From positions 2,343 to 66,342 of the forward strand of contig VXSK01000022.1 in the NCBI GenBank assembly GCA_009838035.1: a stretch of DNA of 64,000 nt. The letters run 5' to 3'. The DNA comes from Gammaproteobacteria bacterium (GTDB lineage Bacteria; Pseudomonadota; Gammaproteobacteria; Steroidobacterales; Foliamicaceae). Made by a program: the position numbers and the translations under genes. The notes beneath the pieces were generated by a model. The model made no database searches, had not been told where the DNA came from, and was given only the letters and a program-made list of their open reading frames with translations. Shown in pieces: positions 20,861-31,286 of the stretch. Numbering within the stretch: the first letter of the stretch is position 1; each line of letters opens with the position of its first letter.

Positions 20861-23214
20861 TAGGAAACGGCCGGCTGCAGCGGCCAGAAGATCGGCAGCA
20901 GCAGCATCACAATGACGAACACGAGCAGCGTAAGCGGAATGCCTGCCCGGATGTAGTCCTTGAACCGGTAGTTGCCGGGACCCATGATCAGGATATTGGC
21001 CGGATGCGAAATCGGGCTGGTGAAGCTGGCTGACGCCGCCATGGCCATGGCCATCATCGCCGTCGTCGGTGCGATCCCCAGCGACGCGCTGGCCGACAGC
21101 ACCACCGGCGACATCAGCACCACCAGCGCGGCGGTGGGAACGATCATCGTGGCCAGCGCCGTAACCAGGTAAAGCCCGCCTATCACGTACCAGGGTCCCA
21201 GCGTTCCCAGCAGATCGACCGCGGTGCCGGCCAGCAGCCGGGCGGCGCCGGTGTTGGCCAGCGCCGTGCCCAGGGGCAGCATGCCCGCGATGAGGAAGAC
21301 CGCCCGCCAATCGATCGCCCGGTAGGCATCCTCCATGCTGAGGCAGCGGATCAGCACCATGAGGGTCGCGCCGATCAGGGCGGCGATGGAAATCGGCAGC
21401 CAGCCGGTCAGCACGGCGCCGATCACGCCGATCATGATCAGTCCGGCATAACGCTTGCGCGGGCGCCGGGGGACGAAGGGAGTCACCTCGATGAACGAGG
21501 GGTCCCGGGCCAGCCGGCGCAGATTGTTACGCGGCCCCACGAGCAAGAGCGCATCGCCGAAGTTCAGCCGCTCCGTCTGCAGGTCGGTGTGCAGGGTCTG
21601 CCCGGCGCGCCGGATCGCAACCAGTTCCAGGCCGTACTTCTCGTTGAAACCCATTTCCGCCGCCGTGCGGCCGCCAAGGCGCGACAGTGGCGCCAGCGTG
21701 ACCTCTTCGGTGGCCAGCCGGTCGGTGGCGTAGAGGTTCAGGGCCGGCGTCATTTCCTCTTCGATTTCGAGTTCCTGGACCGCGCGCAGCGTTTCCAGGT
21801 CCTCGTTACGGGTCTGCAGAAGCAGACGGTCGTCCTCGCGCAGCACTTCATCCGGATCCGGAATGAAGTTGACTTCGTCCTCGCGGTTGATGGCCAGCAG
21901 CCGGAACTCCAGCGCCTCGGCCAGGCGGGATTCGCCGTAGGCCAGGCCGACCAGCGGCGAGCCGGCCGGAACGCGAACGCTGATCAGACGCTCATTGGGC
22001 CGGTAAAGCCTCTCCAGCGTGCCCTGGTCGAGTTCGATCACTTCGTCGAATTCCTCCAGTCTCCGGGCCAGGTCCGCCGTTTCCACCCGACCCTGGAGAA
22101 GGACAAAGTCCCCGGCGCGCAGCGGCAGCCGGCTCAATCCGGAACGGCGCACGCGGGTCCCGCGTCGAAGCGCGATGGCCAGGCCGCGGGTCTTCAGTTG
22201 CAGCTCCTGCCGGTTTACGGGGTTCTGTATCAGCGGCGACCCCTCGGCGACCCGAGCCTGCACCATCCGGAGGTTTTCGGTCAGGGGCAGGTTGGCGGGC
22301 ACCGTCTCGCCCTTTCCGATGACGCCCTGCCACGCGCGCAACTCTTCGATGTATTCGCGCTTGCCCTGCACCAGCAGCCGGTCGCCCGCCTTGAGCGCCG
22401 TCTGGCGCGCGGGCAGCCGGATGATGCGCCGGCCCCGTTCAATGGCGATGACGATCAGCCCCAGGGCCGCTATCCGGCTCTCCGCCAGCGTGCGTCCGGC
22501 GAGCCCGGAAGCACCGCTCAGGGAAACCGTGAACATGAATTCCCGCAATCCGTAGAGCGCCCTCAGGTTGCGCTGGCTGCGCGTCCTGGTGAACTCGCCC
22601 GCCTCGCGAGTCGGCAGCAGCCGGCGGCCGAAGAGCACGAAGAACAGCACGCCCCCGACCAGGGCTGCCCCGCCCACCGGCAGGAAGTCGAACAGTTGGA
22701 ACCGGAAATCGCCCTGCTCCGCGAGCGCCGCGCTGACCAGGAGGTTCGGCGGGGTTCCGATCTGGGTGGTGAGGCCGCCGAGCAGGCATCCGAATGCCAG
22801 CGGCATCAGCAGCCGCGAGGGCGGCACGCGGGCGCGCCGCGCCAGTCCCATGACGACGGGCAGCATCAGCACCGCCACGCCGATATTGTTCATGAAGGCC
22901 GACAGCCCGCCCGACGCGAACATGATCACCGCCACCAGCGCCGCCTCGTTGCGGCCGGCCAGGCGCATGAGGTAGCGCCCGATCAGATCGCCCACGCCGG
23001 TGCGCAGCAATCCCTCGCTGATGATGAACATGGCCCACAGCGTGATGACGGCCTCGTTGCTGAACCCGGCCACGGCCTCCGCGGGCGTGACCAGGCCGGT
23101 GACGGTAAGCGCGCCCACCACCAGCAGCGCCACGATGTCCATGCGCAAGGCCTCGGTGACGAACAGCACCAGCGCGATCACGAGGATCGTGGTGACCAGT
23201 GCGATGTCAAACAT
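20860..23214 (-). CDS. SLC13-type permease with multiple TrkA-C domains
   Basis: GFSNEAVIT, SAFMNNIGVA, QIGTPPNLLV, long repeated TrkA-C-like region, SFTSPISHPANILIMGPGNY. Confidence 0.85.
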   Translation of the reverse strand: MFDIALVTTILVIALVLFVTEALRMDIVALLVVGALTVTGLVTPAEAVAGFSNEAVITLWAMFIISEGLLRTGVGDLIGRYLMRLAGRNEAALVAVIMFASGGLSAFMNNIGVAVLMLPVVMGLARRARVPPSRLLMPLAFGCLLGGLTTQIGTPPNLLVSAALAEQGDFRFQLFDFLPVGGAALVGGVLFFVLFGRRLLPTREAGEFTRTRSQRNLRALYGLREFMFTVSLSGASGLAGRTLAESRIAALGLIVIAIERGRRIIRLPARQTALKAGDRLLVQGKREYIEELRAWQGVIGKGETVPANLPLTENLRMVQARVAEGSPLIQNPVNRQELQLKTRGLAIALRRGTRVRRSGLSRLPLRAGDFVLLQGRVETADLARRLEEFDEVIELDQGTLERLYRPNERLISVRVPAGSPLVGLAYGESRLAEALEFRLLAINREDEVNFIPDPDEVLREDDRLLLQTRNEDLETLRAVQELEIEEEMTPALNLYATDRLATEEVTLAPLSRLGGRTAAEMGFNEKYGLELVAIRRAGQTLHTDLQTERLNFGDALLLVGPRNNLRRLARDPSFIEVTPFVPRRPRKRYAGLIMIGVIGAVLTGWLPISIAALIGATLMVLIRCLSMEDAYRAIDWRAVFLIAGMLPLGTALANTGAARLLAGTAVDLLGTLGPWYVIGGLYLVTALATMIVPTAALVVLMSPVVLSASASLGIAPTTAMMAMAMAASASFTSPISHPANILIMGPGNYRFKDYIRAGIPLTLLVFVIVMLLLPIFWPLQPAVS

Positions 23215-26200
23215 CGGGTGTTTTCTCCGGGGCGCCGTAACCGCCGCCGCCCGGCGTTTCGATCGTGAACAGGTCTCCGGGCTCCACACGGGTCCTGTCG
23301 CGTGCGGTCAGTTCGGTCACGACGCCGTTGGAGCGCCGCACCCGGCCACGCCCGGGAGCGCCGTCGCCGCCCCCCGCCAATCCGAACGGCGCCGTCCGGC
23401 GTCGGTTCGACAGGATGGCCAGTTCCATCGGCTGAAGGAATTCGATGCGGCGTACCGCGCCGTCCCCGCCGCTGCGCCGCCCGCTCCCCCCGCTGTCGCC
23501 GCGAAGGCGGAACTCGCGCAGCAGCACCGGAAACCGCAATTCCAGCACTTCGGGGTCGGTGAGGCGCGAATTGGTCATGTGCGTATGCACGGCGGAGGCC
23601 CCATCGAAATCGGGACCCGCCCCGCTGCCTCCGCAGACGGTCTCGTAGTACTGGTACCGCTCATTGCCGAAAGTGACGTTGTTCATCGTTCCCTGGGCCG
23701 CCGCCATCACCCCCAGCGCGCCGTACAGCGTGTCCACCACGCACTGCGAGGTCTCCACGTTGCCGGCAACCACCGCGGCCGGCCAGCGGGGATTCAGCAG
23801 CGTGCCTTCGGGAAGGATAATGCGTAGGGGCTTCATGCAGCCGGAATTCATCGGAATGTCCGCGCCCACCAGCGAGCGGAACACGTAGAGCACGCAGGCC
23901 CGGCAAATCGGCGAGGGCGCATTGAAGTTGCCCTTGGATTGTTCGCTGGACCCGCTGAAGTCGATGACGGCTTCCCGCCGGCGCCGGTCGATGCGGATAT
24001 CCACGACGATCCGTTCGTCGCCGTCCATTGTGCATTCGAACCGCCCGTCCTCCAGCCGGTCGATCACGCGCCGCACCGACTCCTCGGCGTTGTCGCGAAC
24101 ATGCGTCATGTAGGCGCGCACCGTCGATGCGCCGTAGTGCGCGACCAGCGCCTTCAGTTCCCGTGCGCCCTTGGCGTTGGCCGCGAGTTGCGCCTTGATG
24201 TCGGCCAGGTTGCGGGCCGGGTTGCGCGCCGGCCAGGGACCGCCCGTGAGCGCCGCGTTCAAGCGCGCTTCCTCGAGGCGCCCGCCCGACACCAGCAGGA
24301 AGTTGTCGAACAGCACGCCCTCTTCATCGATGTGCCGGCTGTCGGGAGGCATGGAGCCCGGCGTGATTCCGCCGATGTCAGCGTGATGTGCCCGCGAGGC
24401 CACGAAAAAGTCCGCAGCCTCCTCGTTCCCGAGGAACACCGGTGAAACCACCGTGAGGTCGGGCAGGTGCGTGCCGCCGTTGTAGGGGGCGTTGACCAGG
24501 TAGGCCTCGCCCGGGCGCGGGCCGGACTTGCGGGAGGTCAGGACCGCCTTGACGCTGGCGTCCATCGAGCCGAGATGCACCGGCATGTGCGGCGCGTTGG
24601 CCACCAGTTCGGCGCTCGAATCGAACAGGGCGCAGGAAAAGTCCAGCCGCTCCTTGATGTTGACCGAGTGCGCGGTGTTTTCCAGCACCGCGCCCATCTG
24701 TTCGGCGATGTGCATGAAGCGGTTGTTGAACACTTCCAGCAGCACCGGATCGGGAACGTCGCCGGTGGTCTCGATCCGGTCCTGGCGCGCGTGGCGGGAA
24801 AGGACCAGGTGACCCCCGGGCCGCGCCGATGCCGTCCAGCCCGGCGGAACGACCGTGGTGGCGTGGTCCTCGGAAATGATGGCCGGGCCCGTGATGGAGT
24901 GTTCGGCGCCCAGGTCCCGCCGCCGATACGCGGGCGTGCCGTGCTCGGCGCCGCCGAACACGGTCTTCGCGGTGAATGCGGGCCGTGGCTCCTGCGACGG
25001 ATCGGGATCGTTGCCGGGCTCCCACCGGTATTCCTCGCCGGTATCGCCGCTGGCCTGCACGCGAATCGCTTCGACGACCAACGCCGGCCCGGGCGGCTCG
25101 ATGCCGTAGCGAGCCCGATGCGCTTCGGAGAACCGCCGCCGCAAATCCGACAGCCCGGAGTTCCCGCCCTCCACGGAGACGGGAAGCGTGTTGTCCGAGT
25201 CCCGCACGCGGATTTCGGCCACGTATTCGAACGACAGGTTTCCCGGCTCGATGTCCGCTTCCACCAGTTCCCTTCGGCACTCGTCCGCAAGCCGGGCAAA
25301 AGCGGCCTTCATCCGTTGGACCGTTTCCGCATCCAATGAGGCTTCCAGCGCCTCCTGCCGGTATGCGCGCAACGGCGCCAATCCCAGCCCCAGGGCCGAC
25401 AGCACACCCGCCAGGGGATGAAGCAGCACGGTGTCCATTCCCAGCTCTTCGGCGATGGCGCAGGCGTGCTGACCGCCCGCCCCGCCGAATGAGCACAGCG
25501 CGAACTCGGCCGGGTTCTCGCCCCGCTGCACGGATATCTTCTCGATCGCGGAGGCCATCTGGTTGATGGTGACCCGCAGGAAGCCCTCGGCGGCTTCTTC
25601 GACGCTCATCCGCCTGCCGCTGTTGTCGAACACCTCCGCGGCCAGCTTCGCGAATCCCTCCCGCGACGCCGCCTCGTCCAGCGGCTGCCGTCCATCCTCG
25701 CCGAACACACGGGGAAACATGCGCGGCTGAATACGCCCCAGCACCAGGTTCGCATCGGTCACGGTCAGCGGTCCGCCGTTGCGATAGCAGGCCGGACCGG
25801 GGTTGGCGCCCGCGGACTGGGGACCGGAAAGAAACCGGCCGGACTTGTAGCGAAGGACAGAGCCGCCGCCCGCGGCCACGGTGTGGACCTTGAGCATCGG
25901 TGCGCGCAGGCGCACGCCCGCGATTTCGTTGTGCGTAACGTACTCGTAGCCGCCGGCGTACAGCGCGACGTCGGTGGAGGTTCCGCCCATGTCGAAGCAG
26001 ATCAGCTTTTCATGGCCCGCCTGCCGCGCGGTGCGCACGGCGCCCACCACGCCGGCCGCCGGCCCGGACAGAATCGCGTCCTTGCCCCGGAACCGCCCGG
26101 CTTCGACCAGTCCGCCGTTGCTTTGCATGAAAGCCAGGTTGCGCGGCGCGATCCGCTTGCTCTTCAGCCCGGCGCTCAATCCTGCGATATAGCGCCGCAG

Positions 26201-26839
26201 CACCGGCGAGAGGTACGCATCGACCAGGGTGGTGTCGCCGCGGCTAACCAGCTTGATCAGGGGCGACACCTCGTGCGAAAGCGACACCTGTTCGAAACCG
26301 GCCCGCTCCGCCAGCCGGCCGGCCTGCCGTTCGTGTTCCGGATTGCGCCAGGCATGCATGAAGCAGACCGCCACCGACTTCAGCCCTTGCCCGCGGGCCG
26401 CCTTGAGCCCTTCGAGAAGCGCGCCGGCGTCGAGCGGAGCCAGTTCCCGTCCGTCGGCATCGATGCGCCCCTCGGCCTCGAGCACGTCCGCGTACAGGGC
26501 GGGCGGACGCCGAATCTCCAGGGCGAACAGATCGGGCCGGTTCTGGTAGCCGATCAGCAGGGCGTCCGCGTAGCCGCGGTTCACCAACAGCAGCGTGGGT
26601 TCTCCGCGCCGCTCCAGAAGCGCGTTGGTGGCCACCGTGGTGCCCATTTTCAAGTCTCGCACGGCGCCCGGGGCGCCGTCTTCGGCCATCAGCGCGCCGA
26701 TAGCGTGCACCGCGGCGTCCGTGTAGCGGGAAGGATCCTCCGACAGCAGCTTGTGGACTTTCAGTTTCCCTTCGGGGTTGCGCGCCACTACGTCCGTGAA
26801 CGTGCCGCCGCGATCAATCCAGAACCGCCAATCGGACAT
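23207..26839 (-). CDS. Single-chain 5-oxoprolinase / hydantoinase A-B fusion
   Basis: WIDRGGTFTD, MGTTVATNALLER, FDMGGTSTDV, HTVAAGGGS, NIKERLDFSCALF, PYNGGTHLPD, GNVETSQ, NSRLTDPEVLE. Confidence 0.9.
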   Translation of the reverse strand: MSDWRFWIDRGGTFTDVVARNPEGKLKVHKLLSEDPSRYTDAAVHAIGALMAEDGAPGAVRDLKMGTTVATNALLERRGEPTLLLVNRGYADALLIGYQNRPDLFALEIRRPPALYADVLEAEGRIDADGRELAPLDAGALLEGLKAARGQGLKSVAVCFMHAWRNPEHERQAGRLAERAGFEQVSLSHEVSPLIKLVSRGDTTLVDAYLSPVLRRYIAGLSAGLKSKRIAPRNLAFMQSNGGLVEAGRFRGKDAILSGPAAGVVGAVRTARQAGHEKLICFDMGGTSTDVALYAGGYEYVTHNEIAGVRLRAPMLKVHTVAAGGGSVLRYKSGRFLSGPQSAGANPGPACYRNGGPLTVTDANLVLGRIQPRMFPRVFGEDGRQPLDEAASREGFAKLAAEVFDNSGRRMSVEEAAEGFLRVTINQMASAIEKISVQRGENPAEFALCSFGGAGGQHACAIAEELGMDTVLLHPLAGVLSALGLGLAPLRAYRQEALEASLDAETVQRMKAAFARLADECRRELVEADIEPGNLSFEYVAEIRVRDSDNTLPVSVEGGNSGLSDLRRRFSEAHRARYGIEPPGPALVVEAIRVQASGDTGEEYRWEPGNDPDPSQEPRPAFTAKTVFGGAEHGTPAYRRRDLGAEHSITGPAIISEDHATTVVPPGWTASARPGGHLVLSRHARQDRIETTGDVPDPVLLEVFNNRFMHIAEQMGAVLENTAHSVNIKERLDFSCALFDSSAELVANAPHMPVHLGSMDASVKAVLTSRKSGPRPGEAYLVNAPYNGGTHLPDLTVVSPVFLGNEEAADFFVASRAHHADIGGITPGSMPPDSRHIDEEGVLFDNFLLVSGGRLEEARLNAALTGGPWPARNPARNLADIKAQLAANAKGARELKALVAHYGASTVRAYMTHVRDNAEESVRRVIDRLEDGRFECTMDGDERIVVDIRIDRRRREAVIDFSGSSEQSKGNFNAPSPICRACVLYVFRSLVGADIPMNSGCMKPLRIILPEGTLLNPRWPAAVVAGNVETSQCVVDTLYGALGVMAAAQGTMNNVTFGNERYQYYETVCGGSGAGPDFDGASAVHTHMTNSRLTDPEVLELRFPVLLREFRLRGDSGGSGRRSGGDGAVRRIEFLQPMELAILSNRRRTAPFGLAGGGDGAPGRGRVRRSNGVVTELTARDRTRVEPGDLFTIETPGGGGYGAPEKTPDV

Positions 26840-26889
26840 GCGGAAATTGTATGTCGCATGGCTGCGCCTTCGCCGCTATAGTTGCCCGG

Positions 26890-28302
26890 ATGAACAGCAC
26901 CGCCACGGTAATCGTCACCCTCGTCCTGTACAAGCTGGTCCTGCTTTCGATCGGCGTGTGGGCCCACCGGCGCAGCCAGGATCAGGGCGAATTCCTTCTG
27001 GGGGGAAGGCGCATCGGCGCCTGGGTGACGTCGCTGAGCGCCTGCGCCAGCACCACCTCGGCCTGGACGCTGCTGGGCGTGAGCGGGTTTGCCTATTTTG
27101 TTGGCCCGCCGGCCATCTGGTTGACGGTAGGCATCGTCGGCGGGTTCGTGATCAACTGGTGCTGGGTGGCGCCGCGCATCAACAGGGCGGCCGCACAGAC
27201 CGGCGCGCTGACCCTGACCGAACTGCTGCTCGGCGGTGACGACCCCTATGCACGCCTGGCCCGGCGGGTCGCGTCGGTGATCATCCTGGTGTGCTTCATG
27301 TTCTACGTGGCGGCCCAGTTCCAGGCGGCCGCCAACGCCTTCAACGAATCGCTCGGGCTTTCGGTCGAATCCGGCATCCTGGTGGGCGCCGCGGTGATCC
27401 TGGCCTACACGCTGCTCGGCGGTTTCCTGGCGGTCAGCCTCACCGACAGCGTGCAGGGCGCCCTGATGCTGCTGGTCTCGATACTGTTGCCGGTGGTCAC
27501 GGTGTTCTTCGTGATTGCGCTCGGAGGAAGCGATTACATATTCAGCGTCCGCGGAGAGGCCTTCAGCATCGCGCCCCCGGACGCGGGCCTTGCGGCGATC
27601 GGCTTCGTCATCGGTTCGCTGAGCCCGGCCCTGGGCCAGCCTGGGCAGCCGCATGTCGTGAACCGCTTCATGGCCGCCCGCGACTACCAGGCGGTGCGCC
27701 GCGCACGGATCATCGCGCTGGTGTGGGTGGCGTTCGTGTTTGTGGGCATGACTGTTCTCGGACTGGCGGGACGGGTGCTGTATTCGGACATCGGCAATCC
27801 CGAGGACATGTTCTTCGTCGTGACCCAGCGCTTGCTGCCCCCGATCCTGGCCGGCATCGTGATCGCGGCGGTCCTGAGCGCCATCATGTCCACCGCCGAC
27901 AGCCAGCTACTGACCGGGGCGGCCGCCATTTCGCGCGACTGGAACCTCAAGCGGGCGCGCCGGGCGGTCGGGCTGAAGTTCACCTATGCCGCCGTCACCG
28001 CGATAACCGTCGGAGCCACGCTTCTCGCGCTGTTCGCGCCCCAATCGATCTTCCTGCGGGTCCTATTCGCCTGGCATGCGCTGGGCGCTTCGCTGGCCCC
28101 GCTGGTCTACATGGCCGTGCTGGGAAGACAGGTCCGCTCCGGTTACGCGCTGGCCGTGCTGATCTGCGGCTTTACCTTTACCGTCGTGCTGCACCAGCGG
28201 CCGGATACGCCCGGCGACTGGCTGGAGCGCCTGGTTCCGTTCATCGTTACCATGTGCATCGCGATAGCCGGTTCGCGCCGGATCGACGGAAAACATGACT
28301 AG
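26890..28302 (+). CDS. putP: Sodium:solute (proline-type) symporter, paralog 1
   Basis: [57 protein letters not shown]. Substrate not established. Confidence 0.75.
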   Translation: MNSTATVIVTLVLYKLVLLSIGVWAHRRSQDQGEFLLGGRRIGAWVTSLSACASTTSAWTLLGVSGFAYFVGPPAIWLTVGIVGGFVINWCWVAPRINRAAAQTGALTLTELLLGGDDPYARLARRVASVIILVCFMFYVAAQFQAAANAFNESLGLSVESGILVGAAVILAYTLLGGFLAVSLTDSVQGALMLLVSILLPVVTVFFVIALGGSDYIFSVRGEAFSIAPPDAGLAAIGFVIGSLSPALGQPGQPHVVNRFMAARDYQAVRRARIIALVWVAFVFVGMTVLGLAGRVLYSDIGNPEDMFFVVTQRLLPPILAGIVIAAVLSAIMSTADSQLLTGAAAISRDWNLKRARRAVGLKFTYAAVTAITVGATLLALFAPQSIFLRVLFAWHALGASLAPLVYMAVLGRQVRSGYALAVLICGFTFTVVLHQRPDTPGDWLERLVPFIVTMCIAIAGSRRIDGKHD

Positions 28303-29695
28303 CAACGCAACCGTAATCACGACGCTGATCTGCTACAAGCTGGTCCTGCTCGGCATCGGCTTGTGGGCCTGGCGCCGTTCGCAGAACCAGGGCGAGTTCT
28401 TTCTGGGCGGCAGAAGCATCGGCGCCTGGGTCACGTCCATCAGTTCCTCGGCCAGCGCGGCGTCGGCCTGGACCCTGCTCGGCGTCAGCGGCTTTGCGCT
28501 GACCCAGGGTTTGCCTGCCGTATGGCTCTGCGGCGGCGTAATCCTGGGTTACATCATCAACTGGTTCTGGATTGGGCCGCGGCTGCGCGTGATCGCCAGG
28601 AGGACCGGCGCCCTGACTCTTACCGAGTTGCTCCTGGGCGACGGCGACGACGCCCTTCGGCGCGCCTCGCGCAAGGTCGCTTCGCTGATCATCCTGATTT
28701 CGTTCGTGTTCTACGTCGCCGCGCAATTCCAGGCCGCCGGCGACGCCTTCAGCCAGGCGCTGGGCCTGCCCGGCAACACCAGCATCATGCTGGGAGCCGC
28801 GATCATCCTGGCGTACACGCTGCTCGGCGGATTTCTGGCGGTAAGCGTTACCGACACGCTGCAGGGCCTGCTGATGGTGTTCGTGGCGGTCGCCCTGCCG
28901 GCAGTCGCACTATTCGCCCTCGCAGACCTGGGCGGGTCGGCGCAGGCTGTGCTGGCCGACGATGGAACGCTACGGCTGACGCCCGCCAACGCGGGCATTG
29001 CCGCCCTGGGATTCGTGGTCGGCTGCCTTTCCGTGGGTCTTGCCCAGCCCGGACAACCGCATGTGGTCAATCGCTACATGGCGGCACGGGACGACAAGGC
29101 CATTCGTCAGGGCCGGATCATCGCCCTTTCGTGGGTGGTGCTGGTGCTCTCCGGCATGACCGCGCTGGGCCTGGCCGGAAGAGTGCTGTTTACCGGCCTC
29201 GCAAACCCGGAGACGGTCCTGTTCGAGACCGCTGCGACCCTGCTGCCTCCGGTACTTTCGGGCCTGGTGATCGCGGCGGTGCTCAGCGCCATCATGTCCA
29301 CCGCCGACAGCCAGCTCCTGGCCGGTGCGGCCGCCGCCTCGCGCGACTGGCGGCTGGAGCGCGTGCGCGAGCGCAAGGGCCTCAGGTCCACGTACGTCGT
29401 GGTGACCTTGATCACGGTCGGCGCCACGATGATTGCGCTGTTCGCACCCGAGGCGATCTTCACCCGGGTGCTGTTCGCCTGGCACGCCCTGGGCGCATCG
29501 TTCGCGCCGCTGGTGGTCATGACGGTGCTGCGCCGTCCGGTGCGGCCCGCCTATGCGCTGGCCGTGCTTTGCTGCGGCTTCGTGTTCACCGTGCTGCTGA
29601 ACTGGCAGGAAAACACGCCGGGCGACTGGGCCGAGCGCCTGCTTCCGCTGATTCTGACCATGTCGATCGCGTACCTCGGATCGCGCCGCCGCTGA
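28295..29695 (+). CDS. putP: Sodium:solute (proline-type) symporter, paralog 2
   Basis: Same motifs as paralog 1 ([49 protein letters not shown]). Overlaps paralog 1 by 8 nt. Confidence 0.75.
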   Translation: MTSNATVITTLICYKLVLLGIGLWAWRRSQNQGEFFLGGRSIGAWVTSISSSASAASAWTLLGVSGFALTQGLPAVWLCGGVILGYIINWFWIGPRLRVIARRTGALTLTELLLGDGDDALRRASRKVASLIILISFVFYVAAQFQAAGDAFSQALGLPGNTSIMLGAAIILAYTLLGGFLAVSVTDTLQGLLMVFVAVALPAVALFALADLGGSAQAVLADDGTLRLTPANAGIAALGFVVGCLSVGLAQPGQPHVVNRYMAARDDKAIRQGRIIALSWVVLVLSGMTALGLAGRVLFTGLANPETVLFETAATLLPPVLSGLVIAAVLSAIMSTADSQLLAGAAAASRDWRLERVRERKGLRSTYVVVTLITVGATMIALFAPEAIFTRVLFAWHALGASFAPLVVMTVLRRPVRPAYALAVLCCGFVFTVLLNWQENTPGDWAERLLPLILTMSIAYLGSRRR

Positions 29696-29757
29696 TTCAG
29701 TCTTTCCCTTATTGCTATACAATGCCGGCCTCAAACGGCGCTCGCCGGGGAAACACC

Positions 29758-29994
29758 ATGTCACGCGTATGCCAGGTCACGGGGAAACGACCCATGTCGG
29801 GGAACACCGTTTCGCACGCGCATAACAAGCGCCGTCGCCGTTTCCTGCCCAACCTCCACACGCACCGCTTCTGGGTGGAGAGCGAAAAGCGTTATGTCAG
29901 GCTGCGGGTTTCGCGCAAGGGACTGAAGATCATCGACCGCGACGGCATCGACACGGTGCTGGCGAATCTGCGTGCGACAGGCGAGCGGGTATAA
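29758..29994 (+). CDS. rpmB: 50S ribosomal protein L28
   Basis: [43 protein letters not shown]. Confidence 0.97.
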   Translation: MSRVCQVTGKRPMSGNTVSHAHNKRRRRFLPNLHTHRFWVESEKRYVRLRVSRKGLKIIDRDGIDTVLANLRATGERV

Positions 29995-30017
29995 GACGCA
30001 GCCCGGGAGTTATCGCG

Positions 30018-30173
30018 ATGCGGGAGAAAATCAGGTTGGTATCCACGGCCGGGACCGGTCACTTCTATACGACCACGAAGAACCGCAGGACGCACCCGGA
30101 GAAGATGGAAGTGAAGAAATACGACCCGCGCGCGCGCAAGCACGTTACCTACAAGGAAGCCAAGATCAAGTAG
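30018..30173 (+). CDS. rpmG: 50S ribosomal protein L33 (51 aa; absent from the ORF track)
   Basis: Manual translation: [51 protein letters not shown]. Confidence 0.97.
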   Translation: MREKIRLVSTAGTGHFYTTTKNRRTHPEKMEVKKYDPRARKHVTYKEAKIK

Positions 30174-30249
30174 TTTCAGCGCGCCTCGCGGCCGGATTCG
30201 CAGGTGCTAGAATGCGGAAATAGCTGGCTTCGGGGGAGCCACTGGTCCG

Positions 30250-30585
30250 ATGCAGATTCGCACCGAGACTATAGACGGAACGCTGATCGCCTACGCGGCG
30301 GGCCGCATTGACGGAGCCAGCGCATTAGACTTCAAGCGTTCCATGCAGGCAGTGCTGGGCGACGAAAAAACAGTCGTCGTCGATTGCCATGAAGTCACGG
30401 AAGTCAGCAGCGCGGGACTGAGCGCGTTCCTGATGATCGCCAGGGAATTGCAGGAGCAGGGCATGAAATTCGCGCTATGTTCCATGACGCCGCGGGTCAG
30501 GATTGTTTTCGAGATGACCGGGTTCGACAAGATCATCCCGGTGCATGCGACCCGCGAAGGGGCGCTGGGCTCGCTCCGCGACTGA
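30250..30585 (+). CDS. STAS-domain anti-sigma factor antagonist
   Basis: GRIDGASA, VVDCHEVTEVSSAGL (phospho-Ser motif), VFEMTGFDKII. Confidence 0.85.
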   Translation: MQIRTETIDGTLIAYAAGRIDGASALDFKRSMQAVLGDEKTVVVDCHEVTEVSSAGLSAFLMIARELQEQGMKFALCSMTPRVRIVFEMTGFDKIIPVHATREGALGSLRD

Positions 30586-30599
30586 AGTATGACACGGCA

Positions 30600-31283
30600 C
30601 TAAAGCGCCCCCAGGCGCGCGAGCGAAGCGCATCCGTCGTGTCCGACGATAAAGTGGTCTAGCACCCGCACGTCGATCAGTTCCAGCGCCTTGCGGATGC
30701 GCTCGGTAATCAGGTGGTCCGCCTGGCTGGGCTCCGCCACGCCGGACGGGTGGTTGTGGGCAAGGATGACCGCCGCCGCGTTTCGTTCCATGGCGCGGCG
30801 CACGATTTCCCGCGGATAGACCATGGCGCTGTCGAGGGTGCCGTGAAAGATCTCTTCAAAGGCCAGCACCCGGTTTCGGCAATCGAGAAACATGCAGCAG
30901 AAGGTCTCGTAGCGGCGGTCCCGCAGCCGGGCCAGCAGGAAGCGCTCGCTGTCGGCCGAATTGCCCAGTCGGCGCCCTGTCGTGATCTTTTCCTTCAGCG
31001 ACCGGGCATAGCATTCACGAGCGGCCGCGATCACGGTGGCCTTGGCCGCGCCGATTCCGTGCACCCCGGCGAGTTCGCGGGGCGTGGCCGCGAATACCCC
31101 GCGCAGGCCGCCGAAGCGCACCAGCAACTCCTGCGCCAGCTCCAGCGCCGACATCCCGGCGGCGCCCGATCCCAGAAGAATGCACAGCATCTCGGCATCC
31201 GACACGCTGTCGACTCCCTCGTTCAGAAGCCGTTCCCGGGGTCGCGTGGAACTCGGCCACTGGCTAATCCTTGAACCGGCCAT
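30600..31283 (-). CDS. radC: RadC / UPF0758 JAB-domain protein (full length)
   Basis: RPRERLLNEG, SDAEMLCILLGSG, EIFHGTLDSAMVYPRE, AHNHPSG..EPSQAD, VLDHFIVG. Confidence 0.93.
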   Translation of the reverse strand: MAGSRISQWPSSTRPRERLLNEGVDSVSDAEMLCILLGSGAAGMSALELAQELLVRFGGLRGVFAATPRELAGVHGIGAAKATVIAAARECYARSLKEKITTGRRLGNSADSERFLLARLRDRRYETFCCMFLDCRNRVLAFEEIFHGTLDSAMVYPREIVRRAMERNAAAVILAHNHPSGVAEPSQADHLITERIRKALELIDVRVLDHFIVGHDGCASLARLGAL

Positions 31284-31286
31284 GCT

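Noticed and set aside
29758-30173. L28/L33 as zinc-independent paralogs signalling zinc-starvation control
   Set aside because: Cys-poor L28 and L33 are the normal forms in Gammaproteobacteria, and no Zur-like box was recognised.
30600-31283. radC as a genomic-island marker
   Set aside because: Full-length chromosomal form in its usual position next to coaBC, not the short JAB-only mobile form.
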